A DNA stretch of 61,348 bases from an uncultured Gammaproteobacteria bacterium (GCA_964387745.1 CAYLXL010000006.1:1-61348), one strand, 5' to 3'; numbered from the stretch's first letter, positions 16,981 through 26,799 are shown. The notes: generated by a model not told the origin, from the letters alone. Program-made: numbers and translations.

Positions 16981-17028
16981 ATCAATAGCCAGATCAATAG
17001 CCAGATTAGTAGCTAGATTAGCTATCCT
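16981..17028. repeat. Four degenerate 12-bp tandem units (atcaatagccag x2, attagtagctag, attagctatcct), about 80 bp upstream of ORF 17107
   Basis: Read directly. Confidence 0.7.
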
Positions 17029-17106
17029 ATTATAATTGCAAAAATATTTTAATTTATAAACACTTTTGTTAGTATCGTGTTTCGTATTTAAAATAAAAGG
17101 GAAATT

Positions 17107-18174
17107 ATGACTATTGAATACTCCTTGCTAAAAAGCTTGCTTGAAGATCTCTCGATGACTAATCTAGAAACCGCAATTAAACTGTTTAAAGAAGCTATAA
17201 CCGAATTTAAAGATAGTAAAACTTTGACAGAGAGTAATTCCATTCTAAAAGCTCTGACCAGTTTTCAGCACGAACATGTCAGCCAAGATTTGGCTCATAA
17301 GATAGACCTAGCTACTGAGATTAACTCTAAGTATATTAACTCCCTCGAGCAATACTTAGATCAATTAAAATCTGTCTATGATGATTTAAACCATCTAGAT
17401 ACTGCAAAAACTGAAATAATTGCTCTTGGGCAAAAAATCAATCTTGTTGAATCACGTTTAGAAATAATTAATTCAGCCCGTGATGAGAATCTGGTTAAAC
17501 TGAAAGAAGTCACTTTTATATTAAGTCAGCTTGAGTTCAAGATAGTAGAAATGAGTTTTGAAAAAAATCCTTCTATTACCGAACTACAAATCAAATTAAC
17601 TGATATGCAACTTCAGAGCAGTGACTTACTTGCTAACCAAAGCAGCTTATTAGAAATGCATGCAGAAAATTCATTAGAACTAAGAAATCTAGAGGACTCA
17701 TTGAAAACAGCCAGACACCTTCTTGCTAAAAATGAACAAACATTAATTGACCAAAAAACATCTATATTACAAACTTTGGAGGAGCTAGTTTTAGACAGTG
17801 AAAAAGTTCAGACGGAGTTCTCAGAATTAAATTGTGCTGTAAGCGTTGCGAATGAAGCTCTACTCAGCTTCACACCTGGCTCAGCTGTCCCTACATCAAG
17901 CGGTTTACCGTACACTGGCTGGCTATGGAATATGTTTACGTCAGCGCCAGCTAAACAAGAGCAAGAAATTGTTGGTTCAGCGCCAGCTAAACAAGAGCAA
18001 GAAATTGTTGGTTTAGAATCACCTACCAGCTTACTTGATGATACTGAAAGCATGCCCCCAGAGCTGATACCAGCACACACACCCACAGCTGAAACACCCT
18101 TCACATTCACAGCCTTGCCAGAAGCAAGCAGCTCTGATGTCCTAATTGCAGGCTACAACTATGGCATGAGATAG
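17107..18174 (+). CDS. Hypothetical coiled-coil protein with a tandem SAPAKQEQEIVG repeat and a Pro/Ser/Thr-rich tail
   Basis: Long heptad-rich N-terminal 250 aa. AAGGGA Shine-Dalgarno sequence. No recognisable catalytic motif. Confidence 0.6.
   Translation: MTIEYSLLKSLLEDLSMTNLETAIKLFKEAITEFKDSKTLTESNSILKALTSFQHEHVSQDLAHKIDLATEINSKYINSLEQYLDQLKSVYDDLNHLDTAKTEIIALGQKINLVESRLEIINSARDENLVKLKEVTFILSQLEFKIVEMSFEKNPSITELQIKLTDMQLQSSDLLANQSSLLEMHAENSLELRNLEDSLKTARHLLAKNEQTLIDQKTSILQTLEELVLDSEKVQTEFSELNCAVSVANEALLSFTPGSAVPTSSGLPYTGWLWNMFTSAPAKQEQEIVGSAPAKQEQEIVGLESPTSLLDDTESMPPELIPAHTPTAETPFTFTALPEASSSDVLIAGYNYGMR
17941..18012 (+). repeat. Perfect 2 x 36-bp tandem duplication inside ORF 17107..18174
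   Basis: tcagcgccagctaaacaagagcaagaaattgttggt occurs twice back to back. Confidence 0.95.
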
Positions 18175-18186
18175 CAGCTTACTTCT

Positions 18187-18212
18187 CTGCCCTAGAACAC
18201 AACCTAGGGCAG
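18187..18212. terminator. 9-bp stem hairpin (ctgccctag-N8-ctagggcag) between convergent genes
   Basis: Read directly. It lacks a clear U-run, so terminator function is tentative. Confidence 0.45.
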
Positions 18213-18215
18213 TTA

Positions 18216-18653
18216 CTATGCTATTTCAACAACTAACCGATTACCATCAACTGCTATAACTTTTACTTTGGTGCCTATAGCTAAATCATCTTTAGACTCA
18301 ATTTGCCATACTGTATCTGAGATTCGCAGATGTGCTCTGCCATTAACAATATTTTCTTCCAGTGTATAAACTTGACCAATATACTGATTACCACGCTGAT
18401 TTAGCATGCTGGAATTAGTAATATGGGTTTTAGAACTTTTGAAATATTTTGCCCCTATCATCAAGCCTGCTACTGAAGCAATCGCAAATACAATAACTTG
18501 AGTAGTTAAACTAACGCTGGGCAAAAACAGCACAATAAGAGCTGTGATGGCCGCACCAATAGCTACCCATAATGCATAAGTTGAAACCGTCAGCATCTCA
18601 AAAATTAATAGGACACAGGCTGCAATTAACCATAACCAAAAAGGACTAAGCAT
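18216..18653 (-). CDS. NfeD family membrane protein (YbbJ-like)
   Basis: N-terminal TM helices plus a C-terminal OB-fold tail (GTKVKVIAVDGNRLVVE). Lies downstream of an SPFH gene. Confidence 0.85.
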   Translation of the reverse strand: MLSPFWLWLIAACVLLIFEMLTVSTYALWVAIGAAITALIVLFLPSVSLTTQVIVFAIASVAGLMIGAKYFKSSKTHITNSSMLNQRGNQYIGQVYTLEENIVNGRAHLRISDTVWQIESKDDLAIGTKVKVIAVDGNRLVVEIA

Positions 18654-18685
18654 AAGTAGTTCCTAATCAATAGTATTAAGTAAGA

Positions 18686-19615
18686 TTATTTAATTTTAGC
18701 ATCTTTTAATAATTCAGTTATGCCGCCCAAAGAGCTGATAACGCTAGTAGCTTCCCATGGCATAAAGATAACTTTTTGATTCTCAGCAGAGCCTATCGCA
18801 CTCATCGCTTTGATGTATTCTTGAGCAACGAAGTACTGAATAGCTTTTGGATCACCTTTTGCAATAGCATTTGAGACTGATTCTGTAGCCATAGCCTCTG
18901 CTGCTGCACGGCGCTCACGAGCTTCAGATTCTCTAAAAGCTGCTTCTTTTTGACCTTCTGCTTCTAAGATTACAGCTTGTTTTTCACCTTCAGCCTTTAA
19001 GATCGCAGATTGTCTAAAACCTTCTGCTTCTAAAATATTCGCACGCTTCTCACGCTCCGCTTTCATCTGTCTACCCATTGACTGTACTAAGTCTTCAGGT
19101 GGTTTGATATCTTTGATTTCAATTCTGGTAATCTTCAATCCCCATGGCGAAACTGCTTCATCAACTACTGCTAATAATTTAGTATTAATTTTATCGCGGT
19201 GTGATAATTGCTCATCTAAATCTAAAGAACCTAGCACTGTTCTTATATTAGTCATAATTAAATTTCTAATAGCATGAACCAAATAATTTACTTCATAAGC
19301 AGCACGTGCTGAATCGACGATTTGATAAAACACCACGCCATCAACTTGTACCATAGCATTATCTTTACTAATCACTTCTTGCGAAGGGATATCTAAGACC
19401 TCTTCTTTCATACAGACTTTAAAGCCTATGCGTTCTATTAGAGGCGTAATAAAGTGTAATCCTGGTTGTAATGTTTTGACATAACGACCAAAGCGCTCAA
19501 CTGTCCACTCATAACCTTGCGGAACCTGTTTAACGGCTAGAACGATATAAGTTAAAACTAGTGCTAAAAGTACAACTACTGCAGCTGGTACATAGAATAC
19601 TGAATCAACCATCAT
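18686..19615 (-). CDS. qmcA: SPFH/band-7 (stomatin-like) protein, QmcA-type
   Basis: N-terminal TM helix, SPFH core, and an A/E-rich coiled coil (EAEGFRQSAILKAEGEKQAVILEAEG). Confidence 0.88.
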   Translation of the reverse strand: MMVDSVFYVPAAVVVLLALVLTYIVLAVKQVPQGYEWTVERFGRYVKTLQPGLHFITPLIERIGFKVCMKEEVLDIPSQEVISKDNAMVQVDGVVFYQIVDSARAAYEVNYLVHAIRNLIMTNIRTVLGSLDLDEQLSHRDKINTKLLAVVDEAVSPWGLKITRIEIKDIKPPEDLVQSMGRQMKAEREKRANILEAEGFRQSAILKAEGEKQAVILEAEGQKEAAFRESEARERRAAAEAMATESVSNAIAKGDPKAIQYFVAQEYIKAMSAIGSAENQKVIFMPWEATSVISSLGGITELLKDAKIK

Positions 19616-19719
19616 AAACCTCTCCTATTTATATTTAAATATATCAGACCTTATTATACACTAGGATTTTGTGAATTTATAGGCTAATAAGGACAAGTGT
19701 TATTTGTAAAAAAATCACT

Positions 19720-20157
19720 TCAAGGACTATCTTTACTAGTTTTAGTATTTAAAGATGCAACTTTAATTAGTAGCGTTTGTGTAGCAATTAATAAATCATT
19801 TAACAATTGTTGATCTATGTCAAAACAACCTTCATATTCAACAAGATTACGTTGATTATGACACTTTGACAATACACGCCAAACTTCTGGCCCCACTCCA
19901 AGAGTATAAGGCAATACTTGAAATAGAATATAGCGATTCCCTGATCGATAGCCTTGCCAGCGTAATGCTGCCAAAGACAATGCATGCGCTGCATTATAAG
20001 CTAGGTCAAAACGACTTTCTGAAGAAAGTAATTTATTTTTTGCATCAAGTAAACGCGCCTCAGCGGAGTGAATCAGTCCCGTAAACTCCAACTGATTGAT
20101 CGGCTCAACTTTCAGTAGACCAGTTTTTACCAAATTGTCCAAGTTTGGCAAGCTCAT
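19720..20157 (-). CDS. HEPN-like helical protein, putative partner of the upstream nucleotidyltransferase
   Basis: All-alpha, 145 aa. C-terminal HNQRNLVEYEG resembles the HEPN RNxxxH region, but Tyr stands where His is expected. Overlaps the MNT gene by 53 nt. Confidence 0.5.
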   Translation of the reverse strand: MSLPNLDNLVKTGLLKVEPINQLEFTGLIHSAEARLLDAKNKLLSSESRFDLAYNAAHALSLAALRWQGYRSGNRYILFQVLPYTLGVGPEVWRVLSKCHNQRNLVEYEGCFDIDQQLLNDLLIATQTLLIKVASLNTKTSKDSP

Positions 20158-20740
20158 CTTCAGTCCCTTTCAAAAAAATTTTGGGTTGCTTAATAATTTG
20201 TGTTACAAAATTATTGTCTGCTTGATATTTCTTGAACCAGTCTATTGGGGAATAAAAAGTTGGATTTATTATGCGCCCTAATTTTACTTCCGCTTTCTCT
20301 AGTAGTATAAATACATCAGCATATGTTAAGTCATCACATATTAACATTAAATCAATATCACTAGTAGCTGTGTCTTCTTTTTTTGCTATGGAACCATAGA
20401 TAAAGGCAAGGTAAATATGTGATGCTATAGGTAGCATAGCCTCTCTTAAAACATCGGCTAATCCAAATGTCTTTAATACAATACTGCGTAATTCTCCAAA
20501 TAGTGGTGAGACGCTATTAGCTTGATAATGTTTCTGGTTACCAATAGCACGAAATGTAATTAACCCTGCACCGGCTAGATTCTCAAGTTCTCGCTGCACA
20601 GCTCCCCTGCCTGAATCAGTCAATCTGATAATTTCATTAGTATGAAAACTACTGTCAGGTTTAGCATATAATAATCCTAATACGCGCTGACGTACCTGGG
20701 GAAAAAGTGCATTTGAGAGACTGTAATATAATGTACTCAT
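20105..20740 (-). CDS. Winged-helix (ArsR-like) + minimal nucleotidyltransferase (MNT) fusion protein
   Basis: wHTH region FHTNEIIRLTDSGRGAVQRELENLAGAGLI. NTase signature YGSIAKKEDTATSDIDLML (GS...DxD). The start is placed at ATG 20740. Confidence 0.75.
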   Translation of the reverse strand: MSTLYYSLSNALFPQVRQRVLGLLYAKPDSSFHTNEIIRLTDSGRGAVQRELENLAGAGLITFRAIGNQKHYQANSVSPLFGELRSIVLKTFGLADVLREAMLPIASHIYLAFIYGSIAKKEDTATSDIDLMLICDDLTYADVFILLEKAEVKLGRIINPTFYSPIDWFKKYQADNNFVTQIIKQPKIFLKGTEDELAKLGQFGKNWSTES

Positions 20741-20835
20741 ATTGGGTATTATAGTACCCACAATAGGTATGATCAAGTTTACACGTCTGTAACCTATTGA
20801 TCCAATATAAACTCAACCATATGAAACAAAAAACC

Positions 20836-21010
20836 GGGTCTATTAAGATTTGAGTGGATAAAACAAATTATACACTTTAACGTATTAAATTTAGATTCTT
20901 ACTTTTGTGTAACTGCGATTGCTAATGTAGGGCGAGCGCCACTCGCCCCTACACTTGCATAGTGCTTGTAAGGATGATCGGTTAAACCCGACTCAAATCT
21001 TCATAGACCC
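20836..21010. mobile_element. MITE-like element, copy 1, 175 bp, with 20-bp terminal inverted repeats (gggtctattaagatttgagt / actcaaatcttcatagaccc, 1 mismatch)
   Basis: Read directly. Contains an internal GC-rich hairpin at 20927..20952. Ends 8 nt before the ssb stop codon. Confidence 0.65.
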
Positions 21011-21018
21011 AATAAATT

Positions 21019-21516
21019 TTAGAACGGGATATCATCATCAAAATTTGTATCCATAGCCGGCTCAGGGAACGACTGGTTACTATTGTTATTATTAGCAGCA
21101 CCGTAAGATGGACTGTAGCCCATGTTTTGTCCACTATCCATGCTTTGATCGAATCCGCCAGTAGAACCACCAGCACCACCACGACTGTCTAACATTTGCA
21201 TTTCACTACCAACTATCTCAGTCGTGTATCTATCAACGCCATTTTTATCCTGCCATTTACGAGTTTGCAAGCGGCCTTCTACGTAGACTTTTGAACCTTT
21301 TTTAAGATACTCAGCAGCTATCTCACCAAGGCGATTAAAAAATATAACACGGTGCCATTCAGTACGCTCTTGCGCTTGACCTGTTTGTTTATCTTTCCAA
21401 GTATCGCTAGTTGCTATGCTTAAATTAGCAATTGCACCACCACTTGGCATATATCTTACTTCTGGATCCGCACCTAAGTTTCCTACGAGAATAACTTTAT
21501 TAATTCCTCTTGCCAT
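21019..21516 (-). CDS. ssb: Single-stranded DNA-binding protein
   Basis: Start [16 protein letters not shown], Gly/Asn-rich linker, acidic tail DDDIPF. Confidence 0.96.
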   Translation of the reverse strand: MARGINKVILVGNLGADPEVRYMPSGGAIANLSIATSDTWKDKQTGQAQERTEWHRVIFFNRLGEIAAEYLKKGSKVYVEGRLQTRKWQDKNGVDRYTTEIVGSEMQMLDSRGGAGGSTGGFDQSMDSGQNMGYSPSYGAANNNNSNQSFPEPAMDTNFDDDIPF

Positions 21517-21554
21517 TGTTGACCCCTGTTTTAATTATAATTTTATATAAATTG

Positions 21555-22742
21555 TTAAATCTGTTTAAACTTGTATCCAGATAATAAGTTGCATAACCAC
21601 AAGCTTGCCCAAAATAAACTAAATACGAAGATAGACACCAATCCGTAGTATTTAAATAGTATACCAGCTATTGCACCTCCCAACATAGGGCCAATAAACT
21701 GAGCAGTTGAGTAAACTCCCATAACTGCGCCTTTATTATTCGCTGGAGCAATTTTAGAGATTAATGATGGTAAACTTGCTTCTAGAATATTAAATCCGGT
21801 AAAAAAAAGTACCAACCCAATAATTATACCCCAAAATTTAGCATTTAAAAGCGAGAATATTATTTGCGCTAAAATTATTAATACGACAGCAAACATAATT
21901 ATTTCTTTTTGACAACGCTTGCGCTCACTTATCGCTAAAAGCGGGCCCATAAACATAACGGCCATTAAAAAAACTGCAACGTATAATCCACCTTGCGTTG
22001 AGCCTGACATACCTAAACTTTTGAAAATAATTGGGATCGCTAAAAAATTAGCAGTCAATATACCATGCAGCGAAAACACGCCAAAACTATGGAGTTTAAG
22101 TTGATTAAAAATATTTTTATAAGCTATATCTGTGCGCCATTTTTTAATCAGCGATCGATCTTGTCTTTCGGTTTTTTTATTAACAGCAGGAACAATACCC
22201 CATAATATACATAAAATAGGCAAAACTAAAAAACCTATAAGATAAAACATATTATTGACTGATATCAATGTATTCAACAATGGCCCCAAGATAAAAGCAA
22301 GCATAAAAGCTGCGCCAATACTGACGCCGATGATAGCCATTGCACGCGTTCGAGAATAATCTGTAGTCAAATCTGATAATAACGCTATAGTTGTGCCCGA
22401 AATAGCACCACAACCTTGTAAGGCCCTTCCTAACATAATTATATAAATATTCTGACTCATGGCTGCGACAATGCTACCAAGCAAAAAAACTAATAATCCT
22501 AGAGTTATTACTTCTTTGCGACCTATATAATCTGATAGAATGCCTAATGGTATTTGAAAAATTGCTTGTGTTAGACCGTAAATGCCCATCGTAAAACCAA
22601 TTAATAAAGGCGTAGCATTGTTAAGACCTTGTAAGTATGGAGAGAATACGGGAATTATAATAAATAGTCCCAGCATCCTGAAAGCCAAGATTAACGCTAG
22701 ACTGAAAACTGCGGTGCGTTCTTGTGGCTTAAACATTAGCAA
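21555..22742 (-). CDS. MFS transporter
   Basis: Twelve predicted TM helices. The loop 2-3 motif GILSDYIGRKE fits the MFS signature. Confidence 0.8.
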   Translation of the reverse strand: MLMFKPQERTAVFSLALILAFRMLGLFIIIPVFSPYLQGLNNATPLLIGFTMGIYGLTQAIFQIPLGILSDYIGRKEVITLGLLVFLLGSIVAAMSQNIYIIMLGRALQGCGAISGTTIALLSDLTTDYSRTRAMAIIGVSIGAAFMLAFILGPLLNTLISVNNMFYLIGFLVLPILCILWGIVPAVNKKTERQDRSLIKKWRTDIAYKNIFNQLKLHSFGVFSLHGILTANFLAIPIIFKSLGMSGSTQGGLYVAVFLMAVMFMGPLLAISERKRCQKEIIMFAVVLIILAQIIFSLLNAKFWGIIIGLVLFFTGFNILEASLPSLISKIAPANNKGAVMGVYSTAQFIGPMLGGAIAGILFKYYGLVSIFVFSLFWASLWLCNLLSGYKFKQI

Positions 22743-22781
22743 ACTTCCTAATTTTTAAAATTTTCGTCATTGTAACCGTTT

Positions 22782-25613
22782 ATGCAAAATATTACTATCC
22801 AAGGGGCTCGCACACATAATCTTAAGAATTTGAATATTACTATTCCCAGAGATGAATTAGTAGTAATAACTGGCCCATCAGGATCAGGTAAGTCATCGCT
22901 AGCTTTTGATACGCTGTATGCTGAAGGGCAAAGACGTTATGTGGAATCGCTCTCTGCTTATGCTAGGCAGTTTCTTGCTATTATGGAAAAACCTGATGTC
23001 GATCACATTGAGGGTCTATCCCCTGCTATTTCTATTGAACAAAAGTCCACCTCGCATAACCCGCGCTCGACTGTTGGAACGATTACTGAGATTTATGATT
23101 ACTTAAGATTATTATTTGCCCGAATAGGCACACCTGAATGCCCTGATCATAGAATAGCCTTGTCAGCACAAACTATTAGCCAAATGGTTGATTCGGTTTT
23201 AGATTTACCCAAAGATACTAAATTAATGCTTTTAGCCCCTATCGTACGGGATCGCAAAGGCGAGTATTTAAAATTATTCAGTGATCTTCACAAACAAGGA
23301 TTTATTCGTGCTCGCATCAATGGTGAAATTTATGAACTAGATGATGTAACCAATTTACCGACTCTGGCTAAAAATAAAAAACATACTATCGAAGTGGTTG
23401 TCGATCGATTTAAAGTTAACCCAGATATTAAAACAAGATTAGCTGATTCATTTCAAACGGCGTTAAATCTTAATCAGGATATGGCTTATATCAGCTACAT
23501 CGATGAACAAAAACCTGACATTATTTTTTCTGCCAGCTACTCTTGCCCACACTGCGGTTATAGCCTTACTGAATTAGAGCCTCGTATCTTTTCTTTTAAT
23601 AGTCCGCATGGTGCTTGTAGTGGCTGTGATGGCCTGGGTGTCAAAGAGTATTTTGATCCGCAAAAGCTTATTCCGGATCCAAGTTTAAGCTTAGCTGCCG
23701 GCGCTATCAAGGGCTGGGATGGTAGAAATACTTATTATATGCAAATGCTGGAATCATTAGCTAAGCATTATAATTTTAGTTTAGATACGCCGTTCGAAAA
23801 ACTAAGTAAAAAGAATAAAGATATATTAATGTACGGCAGTGATGATACGAAAATTACTTTTAGCTTTACTAATCAGCGCGGCAATGAACGTACACGTAAA
23901 TTTATCTTTGAAGGCGTAGTCAATAATTTTACACGCCGCTATCATGAAACAGACTCTAATCTTATTCGCGAAGCTATCAGTAAATATTTATCGAAACAGC
24001 CCTGCCCTGATTGTGAAGGCACAAGACTAAGCAAAAAAGCACGACATGTTTTTATTAATAACAATAATTTATCAACTATTGCCAGCCTTACTATTGAAGG
24101 CGCTTTAGAGTTTTTTCAAAAGTTAAAGCTTAGCGGTAGCAAAGCAAAAATTGCTGACAAAATTGTTAAAGAAATTTCGGAACGCCTACATTTTTTAAAC
24201 AATGTAGGTTTAGATTATTTAAATTTAAATCGTAGCGCTGATAGCTTATCAGGTGGTGAAGCACAAAGAATTCGACTTGCCAGTCAAATCGGCGCAGGTC
24301 TTGTAGGCGTCATGTATATTCTGGATGAGCCTACTATAGGGTTGCATCAACGCGACAATGATAAATTAATAAAAACTTTATTACATCTCAAAAACTTAGG
24401 TAATACAGTGATAGTTGTTGAGCATGATGAAGAAGTTATTTTAAATGCAGATTATGTTTTAGATATTGGCCCTGGCGCTGGCGTACACGGAGGGGCAGTT
24501 GTTGCTGAAGGCACCCCTGATCAAATCAAGAAAAATAAAAATTCCATTACTGGACAATTTTTATCCGGTAAAAGAAAAATTGCTGTACCTAAGACTCGTG
24601 TTAAAAATGATCCAAAAAAACAAATTACTATAACCAAAGCCTGTGCTAATAATTTAAAAGACGTTTCAGTTAATATTCCAGTAGGATTAATTACCTGCGT
24701 TACTGGCGTCTCGGGCTCAGGTAAATCGACGCTGATTAATGATACTTTATATCCTTATATAGCCAATCGTTTAAACAATGCTAGTTTGACAATTGCGCCT
24801 GTAAACAATATTACTGGCATTGAGTTTTTTGATAAAGTGATTGATATTGATCAAAGCCCTATCGGTCGCACGCCGCGTTCAAACCCGGCTACTTATACCG
24901 GCTTATTCACACCCATTCGTGAATTATATGCCGGCACACAAGATGCACGCGCACGTGGTTATGAGATTGGCCGCTTTAGTTTTAATGTCAAAGGCGGACG
25001 CTGTGAAGGCTGCCAAGGCGATGGCTTAATTAAAGTTGAAATGCATTTCTTACCTGACATCTATGTTACGTGTGATGTTTGCCAAGGCAAGCGTTATAAT
25101 CGCGAAACTTTAGAAATCACTTATAAAGGCAAAAACATTAATCAAGTATTAAACATGATTGTCGAGGAAGCTTATGAGTTTTTTAAATCAGTACCGACAC
25201 TAGAAAAAAAATTAAAAACTTTAATGGACGTGGGTTTAGGTTATATAGGCCTCGGGCAAAGTGCAACTACTCTATCAGGTGGTGAAGCGCAACGTGTAAA
25301 ACTCGCCAAAGAGTTATCTAAACGCGATACTGGCAACACGCTCTATATATTAGACGAACCTACAACAGGTCTGCACTTTCAAGATATAGAGTTATTACTA
25401 AAAATAATTCATGAACTAAGAGACCGAGGTAATACTGTAGTTATTATTGAGCATAATTTAGATGTTATTAAAACTGCTGATTGGCTTATAGATTTAGGCC
25501 CTGAGGGCGGTTATAAAGGTGGTGAAATCATTGCGACTGGCACGCCAGAGGACGTTTGTAAAAATAAGAAATCTAAAACTGGTGAATATTTAAAAAAATA
25601 CTTATCTGAGTAA
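22782..25613 (+). CDS. uvrA: Excinuclease ABC subunit A
   Basis: Two ABC modules (GPSGSGKSS and GVSGSGKST), zinc-finger Cys clusters, 943 aa. Confidence 0.97.
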   Translation: MQNITIQGARTHNLKNLNITIPRDELVVITGPSGSGKSSLAFDTLYAEGQRRYVESLSAYARQFLAIMEKPDVDHIEGLSPAISIEQKSTSHNPRSTVGTITEIYDYLRLLFARIGTPECPDHRIALSAQTISQMVDSVLDLPKDTKLMLLAPIVRDRKGEYLKLFSDLHKQGFIRARINGEIYELDDVTNLPTLAKNKKHTIEVVVDRFKVNPDIKTRLADSFQTALNLNQDMAYISYIDEQKPDIIFSASYSCPHCGYSLTELEPRIFSFNSPHGACSGCDGLGVKEYFDPQKLIPDPSLSLAAGAIKGWDGRNTYYMQMLESLAKHYNFSLDTPFEKLSKKNKDILMYGSDDTKITFSFTNQRGNERTRKFIFEGVVNNFTRRYHETDSNLIREAISKYLSKQPCPDCEGTRLSKKARHVFINNNNLSTIASLTIEGALEFFQKLKLSGSKAKIADKIVKEISERLHFLNNVGLDYLNLNRSADSLSGGEAQRIRLASQIGAGLVGVMYILDEPTIGLHQRDNDKLIKTLLHLKNLGNTVIVVEHDEEVILNADYVLDIGPGAGVHGGAVVAEGTPDQIKKNKNSITGQFLSGKRKIAVPKTRVKNDPKKQITITKACANNLKDVSVNIPVGLITCVTGVSGSGKSTLINDTLYPYIANRLNNASLTIAPVNNITGIEFFDKVIDIDQSPIGRTPRSNPATYTGLFTPIRELYAGTQDARARGYEIGRFSFNVKGGRCEGCQGDGLIKVEMHFLPDIYVTCDVCQGKRYNRETLEITYKGKNINQVLNMIVEEAYEFFKSVPTLEKKLKTLMDVGLGYIGLGQSATTLSGGEAQRVKLAKELSKRDTGNTLYILDEPTTGLHFQDIELLLKIIHELRDRGNTVVIIEHNLDVIKTADWLIDLGPEGGYKGGEIIATGTPEDVCKNKKSKTGEYLKKYLSE

Positions 25614-25719
25614 AATTACCAGCCGCTTACAAAGGCTTTTTTATTATCAAATATACCTATACTTAATATCCTCAATAAGTTAATATTTTTTATCACACTA
25701 TAAATTTAATGAGTACGAT

Positions 25720-26691
25720 ATGGACATCGAATACTTAATTAGAATTTTAAAAAGTGCTAGCCGTTTTATAAAAACAAGTAGCCTTGACGACGACCCTATT
25801 TTTGTTCCTAACTTCGCTAGAATCAAATCCAAGCTTATAGAATACCAAGTCTTCAACAAACCCAGTATCAACGTTCATCTGGACCGGCTAAAAGATGAGT
25901 TAAAACTAGGTATCTGTGTTTTTGCAGAGGCTATTGAAGCATTTAAAAACTCCGAAACACCAGAAAATAAAGGTGATGTAACAATTTTGAGAGTTTATTT
26001 AAACACAATTATTGATTATATTGACATGTCTGCGATGTTTCCAGTAACTCAAGCCCCGGCAAACACCAGCGATAATTTTAAAATTAGCTTTCAAGAAATA
26101 CTTGCTGATTTATCTAATTACTTTGAAAATCTAATCAATAAAATACTACGCTTGGAAAAATTGCCTGAGACAATAACCAACATTGACTCAATGAATCTTC
26201 ATCCTATTTTCGCACAGATATTAATCAAATTAAAAAGTTATCTAGAAAATGAACCTGAGTTTTTTCAACTTTATTTTATTAGCGCTATAAATGAAATCAT
26301 CCATCACCTTAATCTTATAGAGTTTTTCTTCTCTGAAAACAATTATGCGAGCTTAAAAATACAGCTCTTCTTACTTAATAAATACTTGGACTGTTTAGGA
26401 ATAAAAGTTATGGTCAGTGCAACATACTCTCTGTGGGACTTTAGCAAGATATTGACTGAAGAACCAGATAAAATAGTAAACACTTTATCAACACAATCAA
26501 CTCCACCGGTCACCTACCTCGGCTCTGCTAGCTCCACGTTACAAATTGGCGACTACTCAATAAGCTCACCTCATGAAGTGCATCGCAGGTATTCATCTAG
26601 CTACTGTTTAAACTGTTATCCAAATTTTGTACGCAGCAGAGCTAATAGCGATTGCAAAGCAGGTACTCAGCAAACCAATCCCAGACCTTAA
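25720..26691 (+). CDS. Hypothetical helical protein with a Ser/Thr/Pro-rich C-terminal tail (orphan)
   Basis: Long ORF in an AT-rich context. I recognise no motif. Confidence 0.5.
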   Translation: MDIEYLIRILKSASRFIKTSSLDDDPIFVPNFARIKSKLIEYQVFNKPSINVHLDRLKDELKLGICVFAEAIEAFKNSETPENKGDVTILRVYLNTIIDYIDMSAMFPVTQAPANTSDNFKISFQEILADLSNYFENLINKILRLEKLPETITNIDSMNLHPIFAQILIKLKSYLENEPEFFQLYFISAINEIIHHLNLIEFFFSENNYASLKIQLFLLNKYLDCLGIKVMVSATYSLWDFSKILTEEPDKIVNTLSTQSTPPVTYLGSASSTLQIGDYSISSPHEVHRRYSSSYCLNCYPNFVRSRANSDCKAGTQQTNPRP

Positions 26692-26799
26692 TCAAAAGCT
26701 ATCATAAGTTTTTTTTAAGTCTGCACAAATTATTTTAATAGGAAGTTAGTTACTCGCATAATTTGTATTCTCTAATATACTTAAGATTATATGTAAATT

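Noticed and set aside
16981-17028. Tandem 12-bp repeats considered as a possible CRISPR or minisatellite
   Set aside because: The units are contiguous with no spacers and are too short. No cas genes are present. It is reported only as a tandem repeat.
20982-21182. 66-aa minus-strand ORF overlapping the ssb 3' end
   Set aside because: It is out of frame with ssb and runs into the MITE-like terminal repeat. No support.
22743-22781. Search for a LexA/SOS box between the MFS gene and uvrA
   Set aside because: No CTGT-N8-ACAG-like palindrome is visible in the 39-bp spacer or the adjacent 100 bp.
25662-25687. Direct repeat CTTAATAT...GTTAATAT upstream of ORF 25720, considered as a PmrA-type (cTTAATatT tandem) effector regulatory element
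   Set aside because: The two units are 17 bp apart rather than the roughly 11-bp spacing of the described Legionella/Coxiella PmrA site, and the sequence between them does not fit. In an AT-rich spacer it may be coincidence.
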